Shown in pieces: positions 1 to 8,333 of a DNA stretch of 20,456 nucleotides; positions within the stretch are counted from its first letter, which is position 1; each line of letters starts with the position of its first letter. The notes below the pieces were generated by a model. That model searched no databases and was not told where the DNA came from. It saw only the letters and a program-made list of their open reading frames with translations. The translations under genes were made by a program, and so were the position numbers. Source of the stretch: Candidatus Helarchaeota archaeon (GTDB lineage Archaea; Asgardarchaeota; Lokiarchaeia; Helarchaeales; RDOG01); assembly GCA_019058315.1 (NCBI GenBank), contig JAHPZH010000007.1, forward strand, positions 255,089 to 275,544, in the 5' to 3' direction.

Positions 1-2
1 CA

Positions 3-461
3 ACAAATAACGACACAGATGATGATGGGTTGAATGATGGTGCTGAAATTCTGGTATATCAAACAAACGCAACAAATAACGATACAGATGATGATGGATT
101 GAATGATAGTGCTGAAATTCTAGTATATCAAACAAATGCGACGAATCCAGATACCGATGGCGAAGGATTGAATGATTATGAAGAGATAATCACGCACCAA
201 ACAAATGCGACCAATCCGGATACTGATGGTGATGGATATAATGATAAAGTAGAAGTTGATGCAGGGACAGATCCAAAAGATCCTACCTCATATCCAAAAA
301 CATCGAAGTCTCCTAATTACTTAGCATTCATTTTAATTGGCATACAAGGTGAAGGAGATATAACAGAGTTTTTCATATCACCACTTGGGCTAGTATTATT
401 AGGTTGCATAATCGCATCCGTAGTTACTATGATTCTAATTATTAGAAAAAAGAAGCATTAA
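3..461 (+). CDS. 5'-truncated membrane-anchored surface protein with thrombospondin type-3-like (DxDxDG) Ca-binding repeats, C-terminal TM helix and basic tail
   Basis: Frame is open from position 3 (TNNDTDDDGLND...), so the TTG at 30 is not the real start. Four DTDxDGxND-x-E repeats, then hydrophobic LGLVLLGCIIASVVTMILII and RKKKH; stop TAA at 459-461. Confidence 0.85.
   Translation, partial: TNNDTDDDGLNDGAEILVYQTNATNNDTDDDGLNDSAEILVYQTNATNPDTDGEGLNDYEEIITHQTNATNPDTDGDGYNDKVEVDAGTDPKDPTSYPKTSKSPNYLAFILIGIQGEGDITEFFISPLGLVLLGCIIASVVTMILIIRKKKH
12..287 (+). repeat. Coding tandem repeat, 69 bp / 23 aa unit (DTDDDGLNDxAEILVYQTNATNx), 4 units visible
   Basis: Units start at 12, 81, 150 and 219, exactly 69 nt apart. 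The first two are nearly identical in DNA and the later ones degenerate. Confidence 0.9.
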
Positions 462-462
462 C

Positions 463-471
463 TTTTTTTTT
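463..471 (+). terminator. Oligo-T archaeal-type terminator
   Basis: T9 run immediately after stop codon 459-461, between convergent genes. Confidence 0.5.
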
Positions 472-634
472 ATATTTAAATTCAGAAAATTAAAGCATTT
501 TTTGGATTAGTAGTTTTCACATATTACAAATACTATTTTTTAGTAATTTATGAATTAGTATAGAAATTTATCTAAAGTCTTGTAAAATGATACCTAATCA
601 AAGATTTTATGGAAAGAAAAAATTAATTAAAAAA

Positions 635-1192
635 TTAAGATTGAGATAATAGTTCATCTGCTATTTGAAATCCTCGGTTTAATGCTTTTAAATTAACTTC
701 TTTAGCTTTTGGAGGAACGGAAGTCTCTACAGTTTTTTTTGCTGCATCTCGAGAAATTAATTTAGAAATTGCTACTATGGCCCCAAACATAATGACATTT
801 GCAACAACAGTCATGTTGAATTCTTCTCGTGCAATTTTTTGGGCTGGTATTTCGTATACTTTTTGTGTTTTTTTTCCTCTATATCTTCTAACACTGTGTG
901 GATCAATAAAAATTATACCACCATCAGTTTTGACCCTCTTTTTGAAATCACTTGCTGAGGCTTGAGTTAAAACTATTAAATAATCAGAACGCATCGCACG
1001 TGGGTAATTGATCTTTTCATCTGATATAATAACTTCAGCCCAACAAGAACCACCACGAGCAGCAGCTCCATACGCTTCTGTTTGTGCAACTTCATTTCCT
1101 TCATATATTAAAGCAGCTTTTGCAAGAAGTTGAGCCATGGTAATAATACCCATACCACCATATCCACCAAATATTAATTCTGTCCTGGTCAT
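635..1192 (-). CDS. korC: 2-oxoacid:ferredoxin oxidoreductase gamma subunit
   Basis: ELIFGGYGGMGII, TEAYGAAARGGSC, NVIMFGA and VNLKALNRG motifs of the POR/KOR gamma family. ATGA overlap with the beta gene stop. Confidence 0.9.
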   Translation of the reverse strand: MTRTELIFGGYGGMGIITMAQLLAKAALIYEGNEVAQTEAYGAAARGGSCWAEVIISDEKINYPRAMRSDYLIVLTQASASDFKKRVKTDGGIIFIDPHSVRRYRGKKTQKVYEIPAQKIAREEFNMTVVANVIMFGAIVAISKLISRDAAKKTVETSVPPKAKEVNLKALNRGFQIADELLSQS

Positions 1193-2055
1193 TTTGATTT
1201 GCTCCTTAAGTCATTGATTATTTTGTACTTCATATCGCTTAGCGTAGGTTTTTCAATTTTAAGCAGCTCACCAATAATAAATTTGTCTTTTAATTCCTCT
1301 GGGTTCATATTCTTTGCTTTTTCTATTTTTACGGCGCGATCACGGATCCATTTGAATATCTCAACTGGAGCTGCCATTTTATTTTTCCTACCAAAATATG
1401 TTACACACTGTGAATGAATCTCAATAAAAGAAAATCCTTTGTGATTCAACGCAGTTTTAATAGATTTCATGAATTCTCGCATATGAGCAGTTGTCCATCT
1501 AGCAATATATGTAGCACCTGCTGCTCTTACTAATTCTGCAGCATCTATTGCAGGTTCTTCATAACCATATGGGCTTGTAGTAGAGTACATTCCTGTTGGT
1601 GTAGTTGGTGCAACCTGTCCTCCTGTCATTCCATAGATTTTATTATTTAACATGATTACTACCATATCAATATTTCTTCTTGCGGCATGTATCAAATGAT
1701 TTGTTCCTATAGAGACCGAGTCTCCATCTCCTTGGATGGAAATAGGTTTTAATTCTGGATTTGTTAATTGAAGTCCTGTTGCCACGGCAGGTCCTCTTCC
1801 ATGAAGGACCATATAACTTGTTCCTGGAAGTATTAATGGTAGCTGAGAATAACAACCAACTCCAACAATTAAGGGATATTTTACGGGATCTAATTTTTCA
1901 TCCTTAAAAATTCTACATATTGCTTGACCAATTGATCCATATCCACATCCTCTGCATAATAAATGTAAGGGAAATCCAGCCATACGCCCAGTAGTTGTCA
2001 TATCCGCATATGGATGCTCAGGTTTTTCAGCTTTTGGTACAGCGGGTAAACTCAA
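1189..2055 (-). CDS. korB: 2-oxoacid:ferredoxin oxidoreductase beta subunit (TPP-binding)
   Basis: LCRGCG, GVGC, LHGR, TPP motif GDGD...NNKIYGMTGGQVAPTT, SQCVTY. TTG start directly after the alpha stop with a GGAGG RBS. Confidence 0.92.
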   Translation of the reverse strand: MSLPAVPKAEKPEHPYADMTTTGRMAGFPLHLLCRGCGYGSIGQAICRIFKDEKLDPVKYPLIVGVGCYSQLPLILPGTSYMVLHGRGPAVATGLQLTNPELKPISIQGDGDSVSIGTNHLIHAARRNIDMVVIMLNNKIYGMTGGQVAPTTPTGMYSTTSPYGYEEPAIDAAELVRAAGATYIARWTTAHMREFMKSIKTALNHKGFSFIEIHSQCVTYFGRKNKMAAPVEIFKWIRDRAVKIEKAKNMNPEELKDKFIIGELLKIEKPTLSDMKYKIINDLRSKSK

Positions 2056-3249
2056 TTAAGCAACCTCCTTAATTTTATTTAATATTTCTTTAGGTTCATG
2101 TAAACGAGTAGTTATTGGTAATACATGCACATTTATTCCCTCTTTTAGCGAAATTCGTTCCACCTCTCCCGCTATTTGACCTAAATTCATTTCTGGCATA
2201 ACTATCTTTTTAACCGTTTGAATAGCTTTTCGAATTGCAGTGATTGGGGTAGGCCATACTGTAATTAATCGAAGTGAACCTGCTTTAATTCCCTCTGCTC
2301 GTGCCATATCAACAGCTTCCAATGCTGTTCGACTTGTAATTCCATAAGATATTATTAAAATATCACAATCGTCTAAATATCGCTCTTCAGTCCTTGAAAT
2401 TTTGTCTTCATTTTTCGAAATTTTATAGTTTACTATTTTGACTGTCTTATCTGCTATTTCGGGATCCTCAACTGGAAAAGCTATATTTTGTACGTGAGTT
2501 ACTGTTGGAATCCACATTGGAAATTGGGGAGTACCCATTAATGGTAGTGGCGGGATATCAAATTCAGTGAAATCTCCTTTACATGTTGTAAATACATTTC
2601 TTAATTTATCCTCTGGTTTATACATTTTCCTCGGAACAACTCGCTTTTTAATCTCATCTGCTGGTGGAATTACTACTTTTTCATGAATATGGCCAAGCCA
2701 AGCATCTGACATTATTATTGTTGGATTTCTCCATTTTTCTGCTAAATTAAAAGCTTCAATAGAAAGATCAAATAATTCTTGAGCTGAATTTGGGGCCACT
2801 GTAATAATTTCATAATCACCATTACCTCCGCGATGGAATTGGGTGACATCACCATGAGTAGGTAGACTTACAACTCCGGATCCAGGCCCCACTCTTTGAA
2901 CTTCTCCAACAACGATTGGCAATTCCTCTAAAGCGGCTAAACTCATAGTTTCTTGCATTAAAGAAAAACCAACACCAGAAGTTGATGTCATGGCTTTTTT
3001 TCCAGACAAGCAAGCACCTAATACAGCAGAAATGCTGCCTATCTCATCTTCCATTTGTAAGTAGATTCCACCGACTTCAGGCAATCGTAAACTCATTCGT
3101 TCAGGAACTTCATTTTGGGGTGTAACTGGATACCCAGCAAAAAAACGACAACCTGCAGCTATGCAACCTTCAACCATAGCTGTGTTACCCATCATTAAAT
3201 GAGTACCTGTCATTACACTTTTATTAAAAAAATACTCATCATCACTCAT
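2056..3249 (-). CDS. korA: 2-oxoacid:ferredoxin oxidoreductase alpha subunit (397 aa; start corrected to ATG at 3249)
   Basis: GNTAMVEG, FFAGYPVTP, QMEDEIGS, TSGVGFSLMQE, EMNLGQ. The ATG at 3249 (MSDDEY) has GGAGG upstream and overlaps the ferredoxin stop; the longer 3375 start runs through the delta gene. Confidence 0.92.
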   Translation of the reverse strand: MSDDEYFFNKSVMTGTHLMMGNTAMVEGCIAAGCRFFAGYPVTPQNEVPERMSLRLPEVGGIYLQMEDEIGSISAVLGACLSGKKAMTSTSGVGFSLMQETMSLAALEELPIVVGEVQRVGPGSGVVSLPTHGDVTQFHRGGNGDYEIITVAPNSAQELFDLSIEAFNLAEKWRNPTIIMSDAWLGHIHEKVVIPPADEIKKRVVPRKMYKPEDKLRNVFTTCKGDFTEFDIPPLPLMGTPQFPMWIPTVTHVQNIAFPVEDPEIADKTVKIVNYKISKNEDKISRTEERYLDDCDILIISYGITSRTALEAVDMARAEGIKAGSLRLITVWPTPITAIRKAIQTVKKIVMPEMNLGQIAGEVERISLKEGINVHVLPITTRLHEPKEILNKIKEVA

Positions 3250-3499
3250 TTTTGTAATCCTCCACAACATAAATTGCAAAATCAGGACACACAAGTTCGC
3301 ATGATTTACAAAAAGTACATACACCATCATTAACAATAACAGGTGGATATTGAGTCTTTGAATTAAGTTCTTCACCTTCGACTAAAATCTTTCTTGGACA
3401 AACTTCGATACAAATTCCACAACCTTTGCATCTTTCAAATTGTAACATTAGAATCTTGCCTTTTTCATTATCTTCATACAAAATAGGAATAAAAATCAC
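3242..3499 (-). CDS. korD: 2[4Fe-4S] ferredoxin, oxidoreductase delta subunit
   Basis: CKGCGICIEVCP and CTFCKSCELVCP motifs; first gene of the operon. GTG start is uncertain and could be a few codons downstream. Confidence 0.88.
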   Translation of the reverse strand: MIFIPILYEDNEKGKILMLQFERCKGCGICIEVCPRKILVEGEELNSKTQYPPVIVNDGVCTFCKSCELVCPDFAIYVVEDYKNE

Positions 3500-3662
3500 C
3501 TTTTAATATAATATTGCAATTAAAACATCAAATATTTACTAAAACTTAATTGTAAATATGTTTTAAAATGCTTCATTAGTTTTGTGAATAACAACTAAGA
3601 CAGTTAAAAAAAATAAAAACGAAAAGTTGAAATTTGACTTTCATTTCTTTCATTTGAAAAGC

Positions 3663-4337
3663 ATGATTGATTATCATATACACTCCTATTTTTCTGATGG
3701 TGATCAGACCATAGAAGAAATTATATCTACTGCAGAACGACGAAAATTAACAGCTATAGCTATTACAGATCATTCTGACGCAGATGGTAAATTTATGTAC
3801 ATTAGAGATACTAATCCACCGCGTCCTTTAAAAGAATATATTTCCGAAGTTCGTTCTGCTTCTAAAACAACTTCATTAAAAATATATCTTGGGCTTGAAA
3901 TTACGTCTTTCGAGAATAATGATGAAATTTTCATTCCAATTGAATTTAATTCTCTAGATTTTATTTTAGTTGAAACTTTCTTTCCACAAAAATCTTATTT
4001 CACTGAATTTGACCCCATAAAATATGCAATTCAATTAAAGAATAAGGTTAAAATTCCTATAGGTCTTGCTCACCCGACAATTACCCATATCGAAAATAAT
4101 TTTGATATGATAGAAAAGCATGATATTTTTATAGAATTAAATTCTGATAAACTAATTTCAAAACCTAATGAAAAACAAAACACCTTCAATCGTCTTAAAG
4201 ATTTATTAGATTCTTCTAATGTAAGGATTTCAATAGGAAGCGATGCGCATATTATATTTCTAATTGGAGGAGTACGGGAGATTTGGGATTTTATTATTAC
4301 AAATAATTTTAAAAATCGACTAATTTTACCTCCTTAA
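3663..4337 (+). CDS. PHP-domain metal-dependent phosphoesterase (YcdX/HisJ-like)
   Basis: MIDYHIHSYFSDG, AITDH, GLE, AHP and GSDAH motifs. ATG at 3663 preferred over TTG at 3627 because the PHP domain begins there. Confidence 0.88.
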   Translation: MIDYHIHSYFSDGDQTIEEIISTAERRKLTAIAITDHSDADGKFMYIRDTNPPRPLKEYISEVRSASKTTSLKIYLGLEITSFENNDEIFIPIEFNSLDFILVETFFPQKSYFTEFDPIKYAIQLKNKVKIPIGLAHPTITHIENNFDMIEKHDIFIELNSDKLISKPNEKQNTFNRLKDLLDSSNVRISIGSDAHIIFLIGGVREIWDFIITNNFKNRLILPP

Positions 4338-4401
4338 TTATATAAAAATAATATAAAAAGTCTGTATTAAAAAAAATAAAAAATAGAGAATTAATTTTTT
4401 T

Positions 4402-5238
4402 TTAAATTACCATACCACCAGAATAAAGCATCCATTGTCCTGTCATGTAATGCGCGTCTCGGCTACATAGTGCGGTGAACCAATTTCCAACATCTTCAGG
4501 TAGAAGAGGAGTTTCACGAGATTTGCACATCGGAAGTTGAGATTTATAAATTTTCATTACTTGAGCTGGATCTTGTCCTGATACTGCTTTCATTTGCGCC
4601 ATTTTTTGTCCCATAATTTCAATATCTTCATGAGGGGCAACCAAGCGAGTCCATACCGCACCAAAACCAACTACATTAACTGCGATATTATCTTTAGCCA
4701 GAGCTCTCGCGCAAGCTTTTGTTAATCCCACTAGAGCGGCTTTTGCAGAGGAATAATTTATCTGAGCTGCATTTCCTCCAATCCCAGCAACAGAAGAAAC
4801 ATTCCAAACTTTTCCATATTTAGCTTCTGCCATCAATGGGGCAACAGCTTTAGTCATATTAAATGAACCCACCAGAATAACGTTAAGAATGATGTCCCAC
4901 CACGATTCTGAAAGAGTATGAATTGGTTTATCTAATGTTAAACCAGCATTATTAACTAAAATGGAACATCCACCCAGTTCATTTTTAGCTGTCTCAGCCA
5001 TCTTTACGCAATTATCCCATTTTACTATGTCTCCAGTTTCTCGGCTTGCGACAACAGCAACTTTTACACCGGAGTATTTATCATTGATTTCTTTCTTTGT
5101 TTCGGCAGCTTTTGCTTCATCTAAGTCAATTATTAATATGTTTGCACCTTCTGAAGCGAATTTTAAAGCAATTGCTTTTCCAATACCTTGTGCTGAACCA
5201 GTTATTATTGCATTTTCACCTTTTAAAACATCAACCAT
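4402..5238 (-). CDS. Classical short-chain dehydrogenase/reductase (FabG/3-oxoacyl reductase-like, probably NAD(H))
   Basis: TGSAQGIG, acidic IIDLD after beta-2, NNAG, SSVAG, catalytic YSSAK. Confidence 0.9.
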   Translation of the reverse strand: MVDVLKGENAIITGSAQGIGKAIALKFASEGANILIIDLDEAKAAETKKEINDKYSGVKVAVVASRETGDIVKWDNCVKMAETAKNELGGCSILVNNAGLTLDKPIHTLSESWWDIILNVILVGSFNMTKAVAPLMAEAKYGKVWNVSSVAGIGGNAAQINYSSAKAALVGLTKACARALAKDNIAVNVVGFGAVWTRLVAPHEDIEIMGQKMAQMKAVSGQDPAQVMKIYKSQLPMCKSRETPLLPEDVGNWFTALCSRDAHYMTGQWMLYSGGMVI

Positions 5239-5244
5239 TTCATA

Positions 5245-5994
5245 TCACTCTCCACTTATTGTATAAATTCCTCCAAAAGCATCTATTATTGCAGCATTTA
5301 TTGCATTCGAATCATCTGAGGCAAGGAATAATACAATATTCGCAACATCTTTTGGTTTTGAACCTGCTTTAATTGGGTTTGTAGGACCAGCTAATTCTTT
5401 AAAGCCTTTTTTACCAAGACCTTGGTGTTCATATCCTTCTGGGAATTTAATTTCACCCAAATTAACGAGATTTGCTCGTACTCCACCAAATCGTGACCAT
5501 TCTTTTGCTATGGTTTTTGTCATACCATATAAACCAGATTTTACAGAGGAATAATCTATATATTTTGAAACACCTGCAGCACCAGCTACGCTTCCAATAT
5601 TTATAACATTAATTTTGGTTTGGGCCTTCACAGTAGGATATATAGCTGCCAAAGTATGCCAAATTGTTTTTAAGTTTAGATCTACCGTTTCCATAAATTG
5701 TTCTGTAGTTAAATCATCTATTTTCTTTGGTTCGGGGACAAAATCTTCATTATTAACGAGTACATCTATTTTATTGCCACCCTTAGCTAAAGCAGATTGG
5801 ATGAGTTTATCCGCATCTTCTTTTTTCCTTAAGTCTCCAATGATTTTTTCACCGGGATATCCAGCTAATTTTGCGTCATCAGCGTCGTGTACAATCAAAG
5901 TAGCACCTTCTGCAGCGAAAGCTTCGGCAATTGCCTTGCCTACGCCTCCGCCAGCATAAGCAACTACAACAGTTTTTCCATCAAATTTTCCCAT
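5245..5994 (-). CDS. Atypical SDR paralog with degenerate cofactor motifs
   Basis: YAGGGVG in place of TGxxxGxG, NNED in place of NNAG; GSVAG and YSSVK retained. Start at ATG 5994 (MGKFDGK) or 6003. Confidence 0.85.
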   Translation of the reverse strand: MGKFDGKTVVVAYAGGGVGKAIAEAFAAEGATLIVHDADDAKLAGYPGEKIIGDLRKKEDADKLIQSALAKGGNKIDVLVNNEDFVPEPKKIDDLTTEQFMETVDLNLKTIWHTLAAIYPTVKAQTKINVINIGSVAGAAGVSKYIDYSSVKSGLYGMTKTIAKEWSRFGGVRANLVNLGEIKFPEGYEHQGLGKKGFKELAGPTNPIKAGSKPKDVANIVLFLASDDSNAINAAIIDAFGGIYTISGE

Positions 5995-6148
5995 CTTTAT
6001 CATCTTTTTGTATTTTTTAATATAAAAAACAAAAAAAATTTGATTTTTTTTTGACGATTTCCTCTATACTAAAAATATTAAAAAATTTTTTTAATCGAAA
6101 AAAAAGATATAATAAAAAAAAGATGAATTTTTATAACTTTTAAGGAAA

Positions 6149-6988
6149 TCATGTAACTTTTTCAAAGTATTTAAGTTGGGTTATACATTCTTCTGCATAA
6201 AGATCAAAAATATCCGGATCTAATTGACTAAGGTCATATACATCTGCTGCAGTTGGAGGCAAAGGCTCCATAGCGAGATAACCTTTAAAACCAATCTCCT
6301 TTAATGAACGAATTATTTCCTTAAAATTGATATGTCCCCTTCCAACAGATTGTCTATTACTATCGCCAACGTGAAGATGAACTAAATGTTTTCTTGCAAT
6401 TCTAATTGAAGCTGCAGGATTTGCCTCTTCAATATTCATATGAAATGTGTCTAACATTAATTTTATTCCTTCTCTATTTACTTCCTCAACGAATTTAAGT
6501 CCATCATGAACATTATTAAGTAAATATAATTCATATCTATTTATAGGTTCGATTGCTATAGTAACTCCAGTATCAACTGCTTTTTTACTTAAACCTTTTA
6601 CAGTTTCAACTGCATATTGCCATTCTTTATCGTGTATTTTTTTCGTTTTTCCACAACCTCCGACCACACAAACTAAAACTTTAGCCCCGAGTTTATTTCC
6701 GAATTCTAAAGCACTTTCTGCATATTTAATTGCTTTATCTCTGACCCTTCCAGAAGGATTAGCTAAATCTCTAGATTTCATATGGTCTGATGGATCCCAA
6801 GGCCACATTCCACAAATTGATGCTGCTTCAATTTGATAACTTAGCATTAAATCTTTCAATTGCTTTATATCATAACTTTCAGGTTCCCCTTTAATTTCTA
6901 TTCCATCATATCCAAATTTTTTTAATCTTTCGAAAGTTTTTTCAATTAGTTCTTCCCCGTAAATCCAATTACTTATAGCATATTTCAT
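6149..6988 (-). CDS. Ketose 3-epimerase, D-psicose/D-tagatose 3-epimerase family (xylose isomerase-like TIM barrel)
   Basis: IEPINRYE, MLDTFHMNIEE, HLHVGDSNR, GHINF, MEP: the Glu/Asp/His/Glu metal and catalytic set of the DTE/DPE family. GAGGT RBS. Confidence 0.85.
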   Translation of the reverse strand: MKYAISNWIYGEELIEKTFERLKKFGYDGIEIKGEPESYDIKQLKDLMLSYQIEAASICGMWPWDPSDHMKSRDLANPSGRVRDKAIKYAESALEFGNKLGAKVLVCVVGGCGKTKKIHDKEWQYAVETVKGLSKKAVDTGVTIAIEPINRYELYLLNNVHDGLKFVEEVNREGIKLMLDTFHMNIEEANPAASIRIARKHLVHLHVGDSNRQSVGRGHINFKEIIRSLKEIGFKGYLAMEPLPPTAADVYDLSQLDPDIFDLYAEECITQLKYFEKVT

Positions 6989-7060
6989 AATTTAACCTCT
7001 ATTTTATTTTGTTTATAATATCATCTTTAATTTCTTGTATGAGTAATTGATAAAAAAAAT

Positions 7061-8188
7061 TTAGTAAAAAATTATTTCTTTTACAATATCTATTGTATTA
7101 CCCGCATCTCCAGTCGCTTGAGCCTTTAATAATTCCTTTTTATTTGAATAAATTAATAATGCTTTTTTCATACAATTTCCAAAAAATTCTCTTGATAAAG
7201 TCATTGCTTTTACAGGATCCATTCGATATGTAAATTGATCTTCTCCAAACCATCCTTGATAATCTGTGTCTAATGCAGCATAGCAAAAATCAATAAATCT
7301 CCAGATATCACCAGTACCTGTCACCCTATCTTCATCATTGGAATGTAATTTTGCATTATTCACATGAAAATTCACGACTGGTATACCAAAACGTTTCATA
7401 GTATATAGCATATCAGCAGGTTCAACTGCACACATTTGTTCATGTCCATAATCTATTGCTACTCCCATATTTTTACCGCCACACACTTTGTTTACTTCTG
7501 ATGCTACTAAACCGGCTTTGGCAGTTGTAGAAATTATCATATTACCCTCACGTGGCTCATGTAGTTTGGCTTCTACACCAAATTTCAAATTTTTATTTTT
7601 AGCTGCTTTGTTTATTTCAATGCATGCTTCTAGAAAATCATCAAGAATTGTTCCATAATTTACTTGGAAGTTATAATCCCAACCATCAGAACCAGGCCAA
7701 AGAGCTACACTTGAACAACCAACTTCTTTTGCTATTTCAACGCCTTGAAGTGCCACATTAAGTGCATCCTCTCTGATTCTTTTATCCGGATTGCAAACCC
7801 CACCAAGTTTCCATTTAGGATCTGTAAACAAGTTTGTATTCATATTGGTAGGAATGATTTTGAACTTTTCTAAAGCCTCAAGAACTTCTGTTATTTTGTC
7901 TTTAGAGACTTTATAATTTTCATCGATAAAAACTCGTTCATGGAATTCAATACCTTCTATTCCAGCTTTTGCGACTCTGGCTATTTGTGCTACAATTTCG
8001 CTTGAAAATTCAGGATCTTTGATTAAATATCCTTCTGTTGCAAACCTATCTAAAAAATCTCCAGCACACCAATGACCTGCTGCAAATTTAATGCCGAATT
8101 CCTTGAAAAACTCATCCAATTTCATTCCAGAAATAAAAGCTGGATATTTTTTGTTGATATCTTTTAGATTTTTCTCTTCTATTTTCAT
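7061..8188 (-). CDS. Xylose isomerase / L-rhamnose isomerase-like aldose-ketose isomerase
   Basis: EFHE, MNTNLFTDPKWKLGG, WPGSDG, EAKLHEP, DYGHE, FHVNN, NDED, EDQF. GAGGT RBS. Substrate not determinable from sequence. Confidence 0.82.
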   Translation of the reverse strand: MKIEEKNLKDINKKYPAFISGMKLDEFFKEFGIKFAAGHWCAGDFLDRFATEGYLIKDPEFSSEIVAQIARVAKAGIEGIEFHERVFIDENYKVSKDKITEVLEALEKFKIIPTNMNTNLFTDPKWKLGGVCNPDKRIREDALNVALQGVEIAKEVGCSSVALWPGSDGWDYNFQVNYGTILDDFLEACIEINKAAKNKNLKFGVEAKLHEPREGNMIISTTAKAGLVASEVNKVCGGKNMGVAIDYGHEQMCAVEPADMLYTMKRFGIPVVNFHVNNAKLHSNDEDRVTGTGDIWRFIDFCYAALDTDYQGWFGEDQFTYRMDPVKAMTLSREFFGNCMKKALLIYSNKKELLKAQATGDAGNTIDIVKEIIFY

Positions 8189-8333
8189 AATATAACCTCA
8201 TATCCACTAAAATTAATTAATATAATGAAGTTTATATTCTTACATAATAGTAAAAATATTAAAAATAAGTATACATTTTTTATACGTTTTCACTCACCTT
8301 TAATTTATAATTAGATTTTTGGGTGTTAAGGAT

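Noticed and set aside
3250-3375. 42-aa N-terminal extension of the alpha subunit in the ORF track
   Set aside because: Overlaps the ferredoxin gene; ATG 3249 has a GGAGG RBS and typical operon coupling.
6004-6148. A-tract/T-tract inverted repeats as an ncRNA or MITE
   Set aside because: Pure homopolymer complementarity in a very AT-rich spacer; consistent with terminator and promoter sequence.
7061-8188. Assigning xylA or rhaA gene symbol
   Set aside because: Metal-ligand pattern is mixed and the substrate cannot be determined from sequence.
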